In this document: positions 37,746 through 48,041 of the stretch, piece after piece
Layout of the letters: every line of letters starts with the position of its first letter
Position numbering within the stretch: position 1 is the first letter of the stretch
Source of the DNA: Alkalispirochaeta sp.
GTDB lineage: Bacteria > Spirochaetota > Spirochaetia > DSM-27196 > Alkalispirochaetaceae
Assembly (NCBI GenBank): GCA_965601925.1
Contig: OZ271854.1
Span: 4,448,001-4,512,000 of the forward strand
Length of the DNA stretch: 64,000 nt
Direction of reading: 5' to 3'
Notes under the pieces: model-generated
Databases searched by the model: none
Seen by the model: the letters and a program-made list of their open reading frames with translations, nothing else
Told to the model about the DNA's origin: nothing
Program-made: the position numbers and the translations under genes

Positions 37746-40331
37746 ATGACTCCGAAGTGGAGAGCTATTCTCTGGATTCTTTTTTCGTCGTTGGCCGTCG
37801 CCATATTGGGCGTCGGAATCGCGACTGGTCTTGCAATTGCGTCGGTTCAGAACATTGACAACATAGAAAACATCGGTGATCAAGGTTCGGCGTTGCCGTC
37901 GCAGATCCTCGATCGCAATGGTCGCCTCATTACCGAGTTCTTTTCCGACGAGAATCGCGAGTTGGTATCGATAGATGAACTTCCGCGCCACCTGATATAC
38001 GCCGTGATCACGAGAGAAGATCAAACGTTTTTTCAGCATCGCGGATTCAGTTTTCGAGGAACCGCCCGGGCGGCGTGGAACGTATTGATCAGCCGATACT
38101 TCTCCGGCGGGTCCACGATCACGCAGCAGCTCGCGGGTCACCTGTACGCCGATCGCACCGATATCTCGGTCAGGCGAAAGCTCGTCGAGTTATGGTGGGC
38201 GTTGCAAATCGAGCGCCATCTCACGAAATACGAGATTCTCGAACAATATCTCAACCGTATGTGGTTCGGTCACGGCACCTACGGCGTCGAGGCGGCGAGT
38301 CAGTTCTTCTTCGGCCATTCGGCGACGGAACTGACGATTGCCGAGTCGGCGATGCTCGTCATACAGCTGGCAAATCCTTCATTGTACTCCCCCATTAGAC
38401 GGCCCAACGAGGCGCGCAACGTTCAGCGGACAATTCTCGATCAAATGGTGGCGCTCGGGTATGTCACCCAGGAGGAGGCCGACGTAAGCTTTGATCGATA
38501 CTGGAGTAACTACGATTTCACCCGCGCCAACACCTCGACCGCATTCTTCGAGCGGGAGGATCGTGCACCGTATTTCTCCGAATACGTCCGCTTTCGCCTG
38601 GAGAATCAGTACCTCCTGGGAAGCCTCGATATCAACCGTGACGGGTTTGTCGTCCATACGACGTTGGATCTCGACTACCAAGATGAGGCCGATCGTTACG
38701 TTCGCTCGGGGATTGCGAGGGCAAACAGTATCTATCGTCAGAACATGTCGACTCGCGTCGTCTACGGCGACGACCTCGCTCCGGTGATCGACCTCGTTTC
38801 GCTGGCATTCAACATACCCGACCTGCGGGTCGGCGACGCCAAGCAACGGCAGCGCGCGATAGAGGAATACCAGCGCATCTTGAATCCCACGATGGACATC
38901 GTCTCGCTCATGTTCACTCCCGATAATCAGCTCGATCTTCGCCACGCGATACGCATGTCCTATGCCCGGTCGACCGAAGAGTCGTTGCGAACCACCGTGG
39001 AGGGAGCGCTCATTACCCTCGAGAACGACACCGGACACGTACTTGCCATGGTCGGCGGCCGGGAGTTCGAGGCGCGCAATCAGTTCAACCGCGCCGTCGA
39101 TGCGGCGGTCGAACCGGGATCGGCATTCAAACCGCTGTACTACATCGCGGCGATCGAGGACGGCGTAGTAACTCCGGCCACGATGATTTACGACTCGCCG
39201 GTCGTCTTTTGGAACAACGACGGAACGCCGTACATGCCCGAGAACTACCGTGGTGAGTGGGAGGGGCCGGTATTGACCCGCTATGCCCTGGCGCGATCGA
39301 TGAACGTACCCTCCTTGAGGATTCTCGACCGCGTCGGATTCGATAGTGCGTTGGATATTTCGGCATCGCTTCTCAACATTCCCGAAGAGGATCGGCTCCA
39401 AAGAAATTTCGTACGCCGATATCCGGTCGGACTGGGCATCGTACAGGTTTCTCCCCTGGAGATGGCACAGGCGTACGCTACCATAGCCAACCGAGGTCGG
39501 CGCGTCACGCCGATCGCCATCCGCTACATCGAAGACCGTACCGGACGGGTCATTTTGGAGCCGGAGGCCGAGCTCCGCCGCCAGGAGCTGCGCACCGGCG
39601 GCCCTACCCAGGTCGTAAGTCCGCAGGCGGCGTACGTGCTCACCGACATCCTGCAAACTACCGTGGAGAGCGGGACGCTGCGATACGCCCGGAACGTAGC
39701 CGGCGGGTTCGATCAGCCGACGGCGGGAAAAACCGGTACGACGCAGAACTGGGCCGACGCGTGGACGCTCGGATTCACGCCCTACTACACCACCGCCGTC
39801 TGGTTCGGATTCGATCGCGGCGGATCGAATAGTTTGGGAGTCAACCAGACCGGAGCGATAACGGCGGGACCGGTTTGGGCGCAATACATGAAGGCCATTC
39901 ACGACGGCCTTCCCGTACGCGAATTCGTGCGCCCCGACGGCGTGGTCGAGGCGGTCGTATCGGTACGCTCGGGTCTCCTTCCGCCGGCCGATTATACCGG
40001 CGCGACGATTCGCGAGGTATTCGTCGCCGGAACGCAGCCGACCGAATTCGATCATCTCGAACAGTTCGAGCGCGAACAAGCGCCCATTCTCGTCGACCGC
40101 CTCCGAGACAACCTACAGAATGCCAGTTTTTCCCTCGATGTATCCGCTCCGAGCATCGAGAATCAACTTGACTTGAGTCTCGAGCTCGGAATACTCGATG
40201 GAGAAGAAGGGCGCGGCCTCTCCGGAGGAACGCGTAGCTCCGCTCGTTCCTTCCCCAACGGCGGTGGCGGCACGGGAGGCATCGGCGGCGAACCCGATAG
40301 TGATTTTGGTGCAAACCCGCTTCTCGATTGA
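37746..40331 (+). CDS. mrcA: Penicillin-binding protein 1A (transglycosylase/transpeptidase)
   Basis: EDQTFFQHRG, GGSTITQQL, RKLVE, ILEQYLN; SAFK (SxxK), SMN (SxN), GKTGT. Confidence 0.95.
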   Translation: MTPKWRAILWILFSSLAVAILGVGIATGLAIASVQNIDNIENIGDQGSALPSQILDRNGRLITEFFSDENRELVSIDELPRHLIYAVITREDQTFFQHRGFSFRGTARAAWNVLISRYFSGGSTITQQLAGHLYADRTDISVRRKLVELWWALQIERHLTKYEILEQYLNRMWFGHGTYGVEAASQFFFGHSATELTIAESAMLVIQLANPSLYSPIRRPNEARNVQRTILDQMVALGYVTQEEADVSFDRYWSNYDFTRANTSTAFFEREDRAPYFSEYVRFRLENQYLLGSLDINRDGFVVHTTLDLDYQDEADRYVRSGIARANSIYRQNMSTRVVYGDDLAPVIDLVSLAFNIPDLRVGDAKQRQRAIEEYQRILNPTMDIVSLMFTPDNQLDLRHAIRMSYARSTEESLRTTVEGALITLENDTGHVLAMVGGREFEARNQFNRAVDAAVEPGSAFKPLYYIAAIEDGVVTPATMIYDSPVVFWNNDGTPYMPENYRGEWEGPVLTRYALARSMNVPSLRILDRVGFDSALDISASLLNIPEEDRLQRNFVRRYPVGLGIVQVSPLEMAQAYATIANRGRRVTPIAIRYIEDRTGRVILEPEAELRRQELRTGGPTQVVSPQAAYVLTDILQTTVESGTLRYARNVAGGFDQPTAGKTGTTQNWADAWTLGFTPYYTTAVWFGFDRGGSNSLGVNQTGAITAGPVWAQYMKAIHDGLPVREFVRPDGVVEAVVSVRSGLLPPADYTGATIREVFVAGTQPTEFDHLEQFEREQAPILVDRLRDNLQNASFSLDVSAPSIENQLDLSLELGILDGEEGRGLSGGTRSSARSFPNGGGGTGGIGGEPDSDFGANPLLD

Positions 40332-40346
40332 GGTCTGTGGAAACGC

Positions 40347-40778
40347 ATGAGTCGACTCGAGACGATCGACATTGAAAGGATCCGCGTTCACCACCGCGTG
40401 AGACGCGATCTCGGGGATCTCGGTAGTCTCAAGGAGAGTATGCGGCGCCACGGCCTGTTTAACCCTCTCGTCGTAACGCACGATTACGTATTGGTCGCCG
40501 GACGCCGGCGCCTCGAGTCGGCGCGCGAGCTGGGTTGGCGCGCGGTTCAGTGCCGCGTCGTCGATCAGGATGATCGCACAACGCTTCTTGAAATCGAGAT
40601 AGAGGAGAACACCGCACGTCGCGATTTCACAAGTGATGAACTGGCGGACGCCTTAGTACGACTCGACCGCTTGCGGAGTCCTTCGTGGTGGCGTCGCGCC
40701 TGGCGATCGATCCTGCGATTCTTTCGAGCCGTCGGCCGTCGCCTTGGAATCGGTCGTCGGCGCGACGCCTCTCAGTGA
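40347..40778 (+). CDS. ParB N-terminal (ParB/Srx) domain protein lacking HTH
   Basis: SLKESMRRHGLFNPLVV, LVAGRRRLES, EIEENTARRDFT; C-terminal WWRRAWRSILRFF. Confidence 0.85.
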   Translation: MSRLETIDIERIRVHHRVRRDLGDLGSLKESMRRHGLFNPLVVTHDYVLVAGRRRLESARELGWRAVQCRVVDQDDRTTLLEIEIEENTARRDFTSDELADALVRLDRLRSPSWWRRAWRSILRFFRAVGRRLGIGRRRDASQ

Positions 40779-40802
40779 ACGGCCGCTCCCGCAGAGAGCG
40801 AA

Positions 40803-42419
40803 TCAGTTGAAGTCGGTCAAACTCAATATGCGAATCGCACCATCCTCGTCCTGCACGACGAGTCGATCACCGCGGGTGACGATATCGGTACGGGCCAAAA
40901 CCGGTTCCGCCGATCGTCGCAATAGAACGAGTTGGGCGTCAAACTCCCCGATGTAGAAACGTCCAGCGTCGGGAACAACGGCGAGAATCGTGCCGCCGAC
41001 GGGTCGAATTCTACCCCCCGGCACGACCTCGACGTCGCTTTCGGCGATCACGCCGAGAGACGCGGCGTCGAGCAGGAGCAGGCGGCGACTTCTCTCATTG
41101 GCCACCAAAATACCGCTCTGAAACGTAACCAGATCGCGATCAACGATGGGAATCGTACGCTCGCCCGCTACCGCCGCCTCGGTGAGGTCTACGACCGCGA
41201 GTTCGAATTGTGCGCCTCCGCGGGCAACGACGAACGGCACGAACTCACGACCGCCCTCACCCGTCTCGAGGATCTCAAGATCCTCGGCAGTCTCTTCGTA
41301 GAGCTCGGCGACTCGTTCGGTTAACTCTTCCAGATCCTCCGTCTCGCGATCCAGGGTCTCCTGCCGCTCCTCTATCGCGCGCTCTTCGGTCGCCAACTCC
41401 TCCTGCTCCCGACGTAGCTCGGTGAGTCGCTCCTCGGTCTCGGTATCATCGACGGCCTCAGTCGGTTCCGCTCGTTCGTCTTCGTCATCCGCTGCCGGCG
41501 CCTCAACCGGCGCCTCTTCGTCGCGCGCCTGCGTCGCCCCATCGGCTTCGAGCTCAGCGGCGGCGGTATCGTCCGTATCGTCGCCTTCAAGGGCGCGGAT
41601 CTCGGCTTCGACCTCGCGTTGACGCTCCGCGACCGCCTCACGCTCCTCGTCAAGCGCGACTTGCTCCTCACGGATCGCCTCCACCCGCTCTTCGATGACC
41701 CGCTCGATAAATGCGATGATCGCCTTTCTATCTTCAATACCGAGGTCGCTTCTGCTGCGCAGCTCGGCGATCACCTGCGGGTCCACGAGCTGACCGGTAT
41801 CCACGGCGTCCAAATCTCCGGGAGCGCGATCATCCCGAATAGGTAGTACGATCTGCGTCTGTCCCGGCCATTGAAGATATGAGATCGCCAGACCCGCCCG
41901 TTCGGGGTCGAGGGCCGCCACTACTTCGGTTCGATATCGTCCGGAAAAAAGGTCCATGGCGCCGCGATACACGGCGTTGTAGATCGTGGCGAAGCGGGCC
42001 ACTAGATCGGCGTCGGACGTCTCGTAGTCCCAAGCGGCCTCGAGATAGCCGGCCACAATGCGTCTGAGGTTGTCGATATGGTCGACCCGGGCGTCCTCGG
42101 CGAGCTCGATAATATCGGCCGAAAAAAGGGCCGAATCGGCGTCGCCGAGTATACGCGTCACGCGATAACGCCCCTCGAAGTCTCCACGACCGTCCTCGGT
42201 CATCCCACGCCCAAGAGCATCGCCGATACCGCGAATCGCTTCACGCGTATCGATACTTTCTACCGGTCCTTCGTAATTCTCAAACTCGATATCCGCACCG
42301 GAGGTCTCTTCAAGCTCGCTTCGGTCGAGCTCAAGCGCGAGACCGGGCGCCGTCGCAAACGATAGCAGAAGTCCGATACTCACCATCACCGTATACACGC
42401 GGCGCGTTGTGTTCATCAC
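40803..42419 (-). CDS. P83/100 family spirochete protein
   Basis: IEFENYEGP..IRGIG..SADII..A.VDHIDNLRRIVAGYL..FATIYNAVYRG..AGLAISY.QWPGQTQIVLP; acidic coiled coil. Confidence 0.8.
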   Translation of the reverse strand: MMNTTRRVYTVMVSIGLLLSFATAPGLALELDRSELEETSGADIEFENYEGPVESIDTREAIRGIGDALGRGMTEDGRGDFEGRYRVTRILGDADSALFSADIIELAEDARVDHIDNLRRIVAGYLEAAWDYETSDADLVARFATIYNAVYRGAMDLFSGRYRTEVVAALDPERAGLAISYLQWPGQTQIVLPIRDDRAPGDLDAVDTGQLVDPQVIAELRSRSDLGIEDRKAIIAFIERVIEERVEAIREEQVALDEEREAVAERQREVEAEIRALEGDDTDDTAAAELEADGATQARDEEAPVEAPAADDEDERAEPTEAVDDTETEERLTELRREQEELATEERAIEERQETLDRETEDLEELTERVAELYEETAEDLEILETGEGGREFVPFVVARGGAQFELAVVDLTEAAVAGERTIPIVDRDLVTFQSGILVANERSRRLLLLDAASLGVIAESDVEVVPGGRIRPVGGTILAVVPDAGRFYIGEFDAQLVLLRRSAEPVLARTDIVTRGDRLVVQDEDGAIRILSLTDFN

Positions 42420-42513
42420 GTTACGAGTATATCGTAAGAGGGAAGCCGCTGCACAGAGTACCGCCTCGCCTCCCCCTTTTAGCGACATCACAAGCCGGAT
42501 ATACTCACAGGTA

Positions 42514-43290
42514 ATGTTCGGGTTTTTGATAAAAAAAGCGTTCTTCGATCTGTGGGATAACTTCCTTCCGGCGATCCTCGTCAATCTGGGATTCATCGCC
42601 GTATTGGCGGTACCGATACTGCTTCCGCCCGTTGTCGGAGCGGCGGGCGCGGCATTCGGCTTTGTCGTGCTCGCCGTCGGAGTAGTCGTCGGAATCGTCT
42701 ACTTGGGGGGAGTATTCGGAATCGCCGGGGAGATCACCGATTATCAGAGCTTGGAGTGGCGTTCCTTTTTTACGCCGTTGCGATCGTGGCTTCCGGCGAC
42801 GTTGACGCTGGGAGGGATCACCGTAGTGCATGCGGCGTTACTCGCCGTGGCGATTCCCGTGTACAGCGCCATGAACAACCTGTTCGGTCTCTTTGCGATC
42901 GCCGTACTGTTTTGGATGTCCGTTATCTGGTGGCTCAGCGCGCAGTTTTTTCTTCCCGTGCGAGGCCGCCTGAATACGAACCCCGTAAAAGTATTACGAA
43001 AGTCGTTCATCCTATCGTTCGACAACACCGGTTTCACCATCGCTCTCGCCTTGGGAGGCGTGGTGATTCTCGCCGTTTCGTTCTTTACCGCCTTCCTGAT
43101 TCCCGGCGTGGCCGGACTCGCCATCTGGTATCAAGCGGCGGTGAAACTACGTCTCTATAAGTACGATTATCTCGAAGAGCACCCCGAGGCGTCTCGCAAG
43201 GATATTCCCTGGGATGCCCTTCTCTACGACGATCGGGAACGCGTCGGAAAGCGTACCCTCAAGGGCATGATCTTTCCGTGGAAGGAATAG
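42514..43290 (+). CDS. Conserved hypothetical membrane protein (about 6 TM)
   Basis: MFGFLIKKAFFDLWDN start; C-terminal LRLYKYDYLEEHP..IPWDALL..RTLKGMIFPWK. Confidence 0.75.
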   Translation: MFGFLIKKAFFDLWDNFLPAILVNLGFIAVLAVPILLPPVVGAAGAAFGFVVLAVGVVVGIVYLGGVFGIAGEITDYQSLEWRSFFTPLRSWLPATLTLGGITVVHAALLAVAIPVYSAMNNLFGLFAIAVLFWMSVIWWLSAQFFLPVRGRLNTNPVKVLRKSFILSFDNTGFTIALALGGVVILAVSFFTAFLIPGVAGLAIWYQAAVKLRLYKYDYLEEHPEASRKDIPWDALLYDDRERVGKRTLKGMIFPWKE

Positions 43291-43311
43291 GGTCGACGAT
43301 GTCGCTCCACA

Positions 43312-44088
43312 CTACTCCCTCGTCGCCGCGTCGGGCTCACCGTCGGTATCGGACTCACCCGTCGTAGCCGGCTCGGTCTCCACGCGGCTCTCGCCCTCGG
43401 TTGGTGTGAGGTAGCGTACCGCGAGGTACAGCACCGGCGTATCGGCGAGGGCAACGATCGCCTTAAAGAGATAGGTCGTGATCACGATCTGGATCAGCAC
43501 CGGAACCGAAAATACTCCGAGGAAGGCCACCAACGTGAATATGACGCTGTCGATGAGCTGACTGACGATGGTACTGAGATTGTTCCTAATCCATAGCGGC
43601 CCGGGGAAACGCTCGCGCCATAGGTGATACGCCCATACGTCGTGCGCCTGACTCACGAGATATGCCGCGAGGCTCGCTACCGCAATGCGCGGCAACACAC
43701 CGAACACGTTCGAAAGGGCGCCGTGCATGACATCGGACGGAGCAGGCTCAAAGAGAAGCGCCAGCTGCATGAGCACGGTTACGGTCACGATCGCGAAAAA
43801 ACCCACGGCGATTCCCTTGCGTGCCGCGCGTTTGCCGTACCGCTCCGAGAGAATATCGGTTGCAAGGAACGATCCGGCATACACGATGTTTCCAAGCGTC
43901 GCCGTTAACCCGAGGATTTCGACCGTTTTGCTCACTTGTATGTTCGCCACGACACCCGCGAGGGCGATCCACACGTACAAACCGGCGCGACCGAGAAACC
44001 GATATACCAAGAGAATCGCGGCGAAATTAACGATGAGCATGACGGCCCATAACACCTCGTTGGCGACAAGCGCGTTTACGATATCCAC
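43312..44088 (-). CDS. Queuosine precursor transporter (YhhQ/Vut_1 family)
   Basis: ANIQVSK, TLGNIVY..FLATDILSERYG, RIAVASLAAYLVSQAHDV, RNNLSTIVSQLIDSVIF, ALADTP. Confidence 0.88.
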   Translation of the reverse strand: MDIVNALVANEVLWAVMLIVNFAAILLVYRFLGRAGLYVWIALAGVVANIQVSKTVEILGLTATLGNIVYAGSFLATDILSERYGKRAARKGIAVGFFAIVTVTVLMQLALLFEPAPSDVMHGALSNVFGVLPRIAVASLAAYLVSQAHDVWAYHLWRERFPGPLWIRNNLSTIVSQLIDSVIFTLVAFLGVFSVPVLIQIVITTYLFKAIVALADTPVLYLAVRYLTPTEGESRVETEPATTGESDTDGEPDAATRE

Positions 44089-45212
44089 AATTCCTCCTGA
44101 GAAAAGTCGACGGGTCGTCGGTTATCGGCGAGACGACGGCCGAGAAAGTCGGTATCGAGTTGAAGACGCCGCACGATGCGTCGCAACAGAAGTTCGCTGA
44201 TCAAGTTTTGCTCGGCAAAGAGAAACACGAGTGCGCGTTCGGCCAGACACGGAACGTTGAGTGCGTTACGACTCAAGCGGTCCGACTCGCCGTCGCCCGG
44301 GTGGTGTTCGGCGAGCCACTCTCCGAGTCGGGATTGTGGGGGACGGTGTTTCAGGGAGGCGAGCTCCTCCTCCAACTCGTCGGCGTTCCCGGCGGCGGCG
44401 CGCTCTCCCAGGGGCTTGAGGACGAGATAGGTGTAATCCTTCCCCGGAAGAATGTGATGCTCGCCGCAGCGCGTGGCGTAATTGGGCTCACGCTCGTCGA
44501 CGCTGGCGCGATCCCCGCCGATAATGATCAACGGGTCGAAGTAGACCGCCGGACACTCCTCGCCGTCGACTACGTAGTACCGATAGGTATAGCTCGAATC
44601 GGTGAGGCACGTGCGGTGCTCGCAGTACGCCGACAGGGGAAAGGCGTCGGAGGCGATTTCGAGTAAGAGGCTCGCGGTCGTATTAAACACGGCATTACGA
44701 AAGTTCAGAATGAGCGTCGGCAGGACGAACACCAGACCGCGCGACGAGGAGAGACGCTGAATGACGTAGGCGATACGCTCGTCGTAGAACGATGCCTCGT
44801 CGATGATCCAGGTCCCCACCTCGGGGTGCTTCGCCACCAGATCCTCCAACTCAAACGACGAGCCGATATCGGCAATAGAGGCGCCGAGTTGCTCGTAGCC
44901 GCCGCGATACGCGAGGGCGTCCTCGGGATACTCGGAGAAGCGACGTCGATCCAGACGGGAGCGTACGAAAAAGACGCGTCTAAGGTCCGCACCGTCGACG
45001 GTGGTACAGCCCCGTATCGCACGATCCTTGGAGAGAGCTACTTGAGAATCGCGCCACACTTGCGCCGCAAACCCGGTCTTTCCCGATCCCATGGGACCTA
45101 CGACGAGGATACGCCGTCCCGGTCGGGTAAAGTCGAAATGGTTGATCGGATGGTGTACGTGCAGTTGCGGCAGGCCCAGCGTCCGATAGAAGTCCGCGTA
45201 GTTGTCGTTCAT
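44076..45212 (-). CDS. tdk: Thymidine kinase, long spirochete type
   Basis: VGPMGSGKT P-loop, IIDEASF, Zn site CEHRTC...YATRCGEHH. Confidence 0.8.
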   Translation of the reverse strand: MNDNYADFYRTLGLPQLHVHHPINHFDFTRPGRRILVVGPMGSGKTGFAAQVWRDSQVALSKDRAIRGCTTVDGADLRRVFFVRSRLDRRRFSEYPEDALAYRGGYEQLGASIADIGSSFELEDLVAKHPEVGTWIIDEASFYDERIAYVIQRLSSSRGLVFVLPTLILNFRNAVFNTTASLLLEIASDAFPLSAYCEHRTCLTDSSYTYRYYVVDGEECPAVYFDPLIIIGGDRASVDEREPNYATRCGEHHILPGKDYTYLVLKPLGERAAAGNADELEEELASLKHRPPQSRLGEWLAEHHPGDGESDRLSRNALNVPCLAERALVFLFAEQNLISELLLRRIVRRLQLDTDFLGRRLADNRRPVDFSQEELWIS

Positions 45213-45928
45213 GCGCGGCGAGGATCTACAACGGTGTTCCGAAGGGTACCGATCTTCTCGATTTCGACCTCGATGACATCGCCGTGGGCGATCGGGCCGA
45301 CTCCGGCCGGCGTACCGGTCAACAGTACATCGCCGGGCAGTAGGGTGAAGTTGCGAGAGACGTAGTGGATGGTTTCGGCGACCGGTAGAATCATCTCGCC
45401 GGTATTACCCTCCTGCACGATCTCGCCGTTGCGACGCGTCACGATGGAAAGACTCTGCGGATCATCGATCTCCTGCGGCGTCACCAAACGTGGCCCCATG
45501 GGAAGGAACGTGTCGAACGATTTTCCACGAAACCATCCGGATCGATCGCCGTTCTGTATATTGCGTTGACTCACATCGTCGGCACAGGTGTAGCCGAGCA
45601 CGTACTCCATCGCCCGCTCGACGGGGATATCGGCCCCCTCTCGACCGATAACGACCGCTAACTCCCCTTCGTAGTCGGTGCGCTCTTCGTCAAAGTGGTA
45701 GTCTGCGAGGATTCGCGGGAGCACGATCGGCTCGTTGTGTCCCACAATTGAGGAGGGAAGCTTGGGAAACAACACCGGCTCCGCGGGCTCCACCGGATCA
45801 AAACCGCGCACCTTAACCGATACACTCTCTTTAATGTGTTCGCGATAGTTAAGCCCCAGTGCGATTACCTTGCTCGGAGTCAACTGATAGACCCCGCCTG
45901 AATAAGTCAGTTCAAGAGCACGTTTCAT
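45209..45928 (-). CDS. Fumarylacetoacetate hydrolase family protein
   Basis: KVIALGLNYREH, DYEGELAVVIG, DDVSQR, GKSFDTF.PMGP, LPGDVLLTGTPAGVG. Confidence 0.92.
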   Translation of the reverse strand: MKRALELTYSGGVYQLTPSKVIALGLNYREHIKESVSVKVRGFDPVEPAEPVLFPKLPSSIVGHNEPIVLPRILADYHFDEERTDYEGELAVVIGREGADIPVERAMEYVLGYTCADDVSQRNIQNGDRSGWFRGKSFDTFLPMGPRLVTPQEIDDPQSLSIVTRRNGEIVQEGNTGEMILPVAETIHYVSRNFTLLPGDVLLTGTPAGVGPIAHGDVIEVEIEKIGTLRNTVVDPRRA

Positions 45929-45951
45929 GTCGATGAGTCTATGGCGTATGC

Positions 45952-46605
45952 CTACGGAAGCTCAATGGGAACCGGCTCGCCGAGGAAGCGCGGACCGGTA
46001 CCGAATACGTACACGTCGAGGACGGCTTGCACCCGAGCGGCATATTCTCTCAATCGCACGCTGAGATAGGCCCTGCCGGTCACATCCTCAGCTGCGAATC
46101 CGACCGCGTTAATACCGAACGCGTCGGCCAAAAAAAGCGCCCGTTCCACATGAAATCGTTGCGAAACGATAATGAAGTTGTCTTGTCCGAACACTTCATG
46201 CATCCGAACGACCGAGTCCAAGGTTCTGAATCCCGCGTAATCCTGTACGATCCGCTCTGCGGGCACGCCGCGCTCGGTGAGCGCATCGGTCATTTGCGCC
46301 GGCTCGTTGTAATTCGTATGGGAGTTGTCTCCGCTGGCGACTACGACGTCGGCGCGTCCACTCTCAATTAATGTGGCGGCGGCCCGTACACGACGTTCAA
46401 AAAACGGATTGGGTCGCCCGGACCGGCTGAAACGGCTGGTACCGAGAAGCAGCACGGCATCGTGATCGGAGAGCTCACGATAATCCGAATAGATACGGTC
46501 CGCCGCGGCGTTGCGCACCATGCTGTGGGATAGAAAGACCACGATGAGAAGGAGAAAGCATCCATATTTCACGACGTGGCGTACAACTGAGAAAAAACGA
46601 TTCAT
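45952..46605 (-). CDS. sanA: SanA/YdcF family protein
   Basis: LLLGTS, SGDNSHTNYNEP, DYAGFRTLDSVVR, SQRFHVERALF, LREYAAR. Confidence 0.88.
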   Translation of the reverse strand: MNRFFSVVRHVVKYGCFLLLIVVFLSHSMVRNAAADRIYSDYRELSDHDAVLLLGTSRFSRSGRPNPFFERRVRAAATLIESGRADVVVASGDNSHTNYNEPAQMTDALTERGVPAERIVQDYAGFRTLDSVVRMHEVFGQDNFIIVSQRFHVERALFLADAFGINAVGFAAEDVTGRAYLSVRLREYAARVQAVLDVYVFGTGPRFLGEPVPIELP

Positions 46606-46668
46606 GCAATAGTGCGGACGTTTGGAGATAACGAACGAGGCGAAGGAGAGTCGGTCGCTATATCCTCC

Positions 46669-47373
46669 TCACCCTCCATGTTCACGCATATTGAGGATCG
46701 CATCTATCGCCCGCCGGCGCACGGATCGAATGTAGGCGCTTGAAGCGGTCTCGAGCATGACGCTGATTACCTCGGCGTCGGGGAGTCCGCCGTTGGCCTC
46801 CGAAAGGCGCTCGAGGGAGATGATCAAGGAGAATGCCAGATTGTTATCCGGCGTCGGACTGGCGTTTTCACGCAGGAGCGCCTGCACCAAATGGTCGGAG
46901 ACTTCATTGTTGTCGTTGATACCGATTTGGCCCAACGCATACGCCGCCTCGGCGAGCACCATCGGTTCGGGATCGTCGCGGATGACTCTGACAAGGGAGT
47001 TTTTCGCCTGCTCTCCCCCGACTTCACCGAGCAACGCGGTCGCCTGTCGACGAATCTCGGGGAAATTATTGATGACTGCGCCGTTGGAACGTACCTGTCT
47101 CGCGGTACCTTCCGTCGCAAGGGATTCGAGAATGATGTATACGTCCTGCGACTGGTTGCCGCCTTGGACCAACTCTCGAATGGTCTGGAGGGCGAGAAGC
47201 TTCACTTCGCGGTCGGTGGATAGAGCTTGGCTACGCATGATCTGGAGTTCCAGATCTTGACTCAAATAGAGCTCTTCGATCGTTCGCGCCGCGCCGTCCC
47301 CATCTTCTTCCTGCGCGACGGCGGGAAAGACCACACCGACAGCCAACAAAAGCACAATCATTTTCTTCATCAT
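46669..47373 (-). CDS. Exported HEAT-repeat protein
   Basis: Signal peptide; FPEIRRQATALLGEVG, DPEPMVLAEAAYALGQIG; GAGGTG SD. Confidence 0.8.
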   Translation of the reverse strand: MMKKMIVLLLAVGVVFPAVAQEEDGDGAARTIEELYLSQDLELQIMRSQALSTDREVKLLALQTIRELVQGGNQSQDVYIILESLATEGTARQVRSNGAVINNFPEIRRQATALLGEVGGEQAKNSLVRVIRDDPEPMVLAEAAYALGQIGINDNNEVSDHLVQALLRENASPTPDNNLAFSLIISLERLSEANGGLPDAEVISVMLETASSAYIRSVRRRAIDAILNMREHGG

Positions 47374-47402
47374 TGACACCTCGTTCACGCTCAGACTATA
47401 CC

Positions 47403-48041
47403 CTAAAATATATCAATCTTCCAGCGGTCGCCCTCTTTTTTAAGAAGGTACAGAAGGTAGCGTTGATCTCCAACCTCCATTATCGCCTCTACCGTCTCCT
47501 CGTCTCGAAAGACCAAATCGTCGAGTCGAGCATTTGACCGGCTCGGTACGACAACGTAGCGGAAAAAATCTTCCAAACTTCGAAGACGGATATTGTTTCT
47601 GAGAAGGATTGCCGCCTGAGAACTCCGTGCCAGAACATCGGGATCCGAATATGTCCGACGATATCCCTCGGTGAGATATCGTTGCCACTGTTCGAAGTTA
47701 CGATCGGCGATAATCTGATTCAATTCGGCGATCGTCATCTCGACTTCGGTAAAGGTCTGATCGTAAAGCTCTTCGGAAACCTCTATCGGCCCCGGCTCTT
47801 CGACCTCTTCCAGGACTACCGACTCCTCGGTGTCCGGCTCCGGCTCGACGGGTTCGGGCTCTACGACCGGTTCCGGCTCGCTCTCTTCAGTCGCGACCGG
47901 CTCGGAGAGCGATTCCGACGGAGCCGACTCATCGACGGTCGGGGAGTCATCCACGGTCTCCGGAGCGCCGACGCACCCGCCGAGTAGCACGACCAGGAAA
48001 GCGGCCATCACCATGACGGAACGGCGGATGCTCTCTTTCAT
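47403..48041 (-). CDS. Hypothetical lipoprotein with Glu/Pro-rich linker
   Basis: LLGGC lipobox; EPEP low-complexity stretch; globular C-terminus. Confidence 0.75.
   Translation of the reverse strand: MKESIRRSVMVMAAFLVVLLGGCVGAPETVDDSPTVDESAPSESLSEPVATEESEPEPVVEPEPVEPEPDTEESVVLEEVEEPGPIEVSEELYDQTFTEVEMTIAELNQIIADRNFEQWQRYLTEGYRRTYSDPDVLARSSQAAILLRNNIRLRSLEDFFRYVVVPSRSNARLDDLVFRDEETVEAIMEVGDQRYLLYLLKKEGDRWKIDIF

Noticed and set aside
38379..40079. 566-aa antisense ORF inside PBP1A, and similar long antisense ORFs over kbl, tdh, M23, mlaD and others
   Set aside because: Typical shadow ORFs of GC-rich coding DNA with no protein motifs
44089..44200. preQ1 riboswitch ahead of the YhhQ-type gene
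   Set aside because: The upstream sequence is tdk coding DNA and shows no preQ1 aptamer pattern
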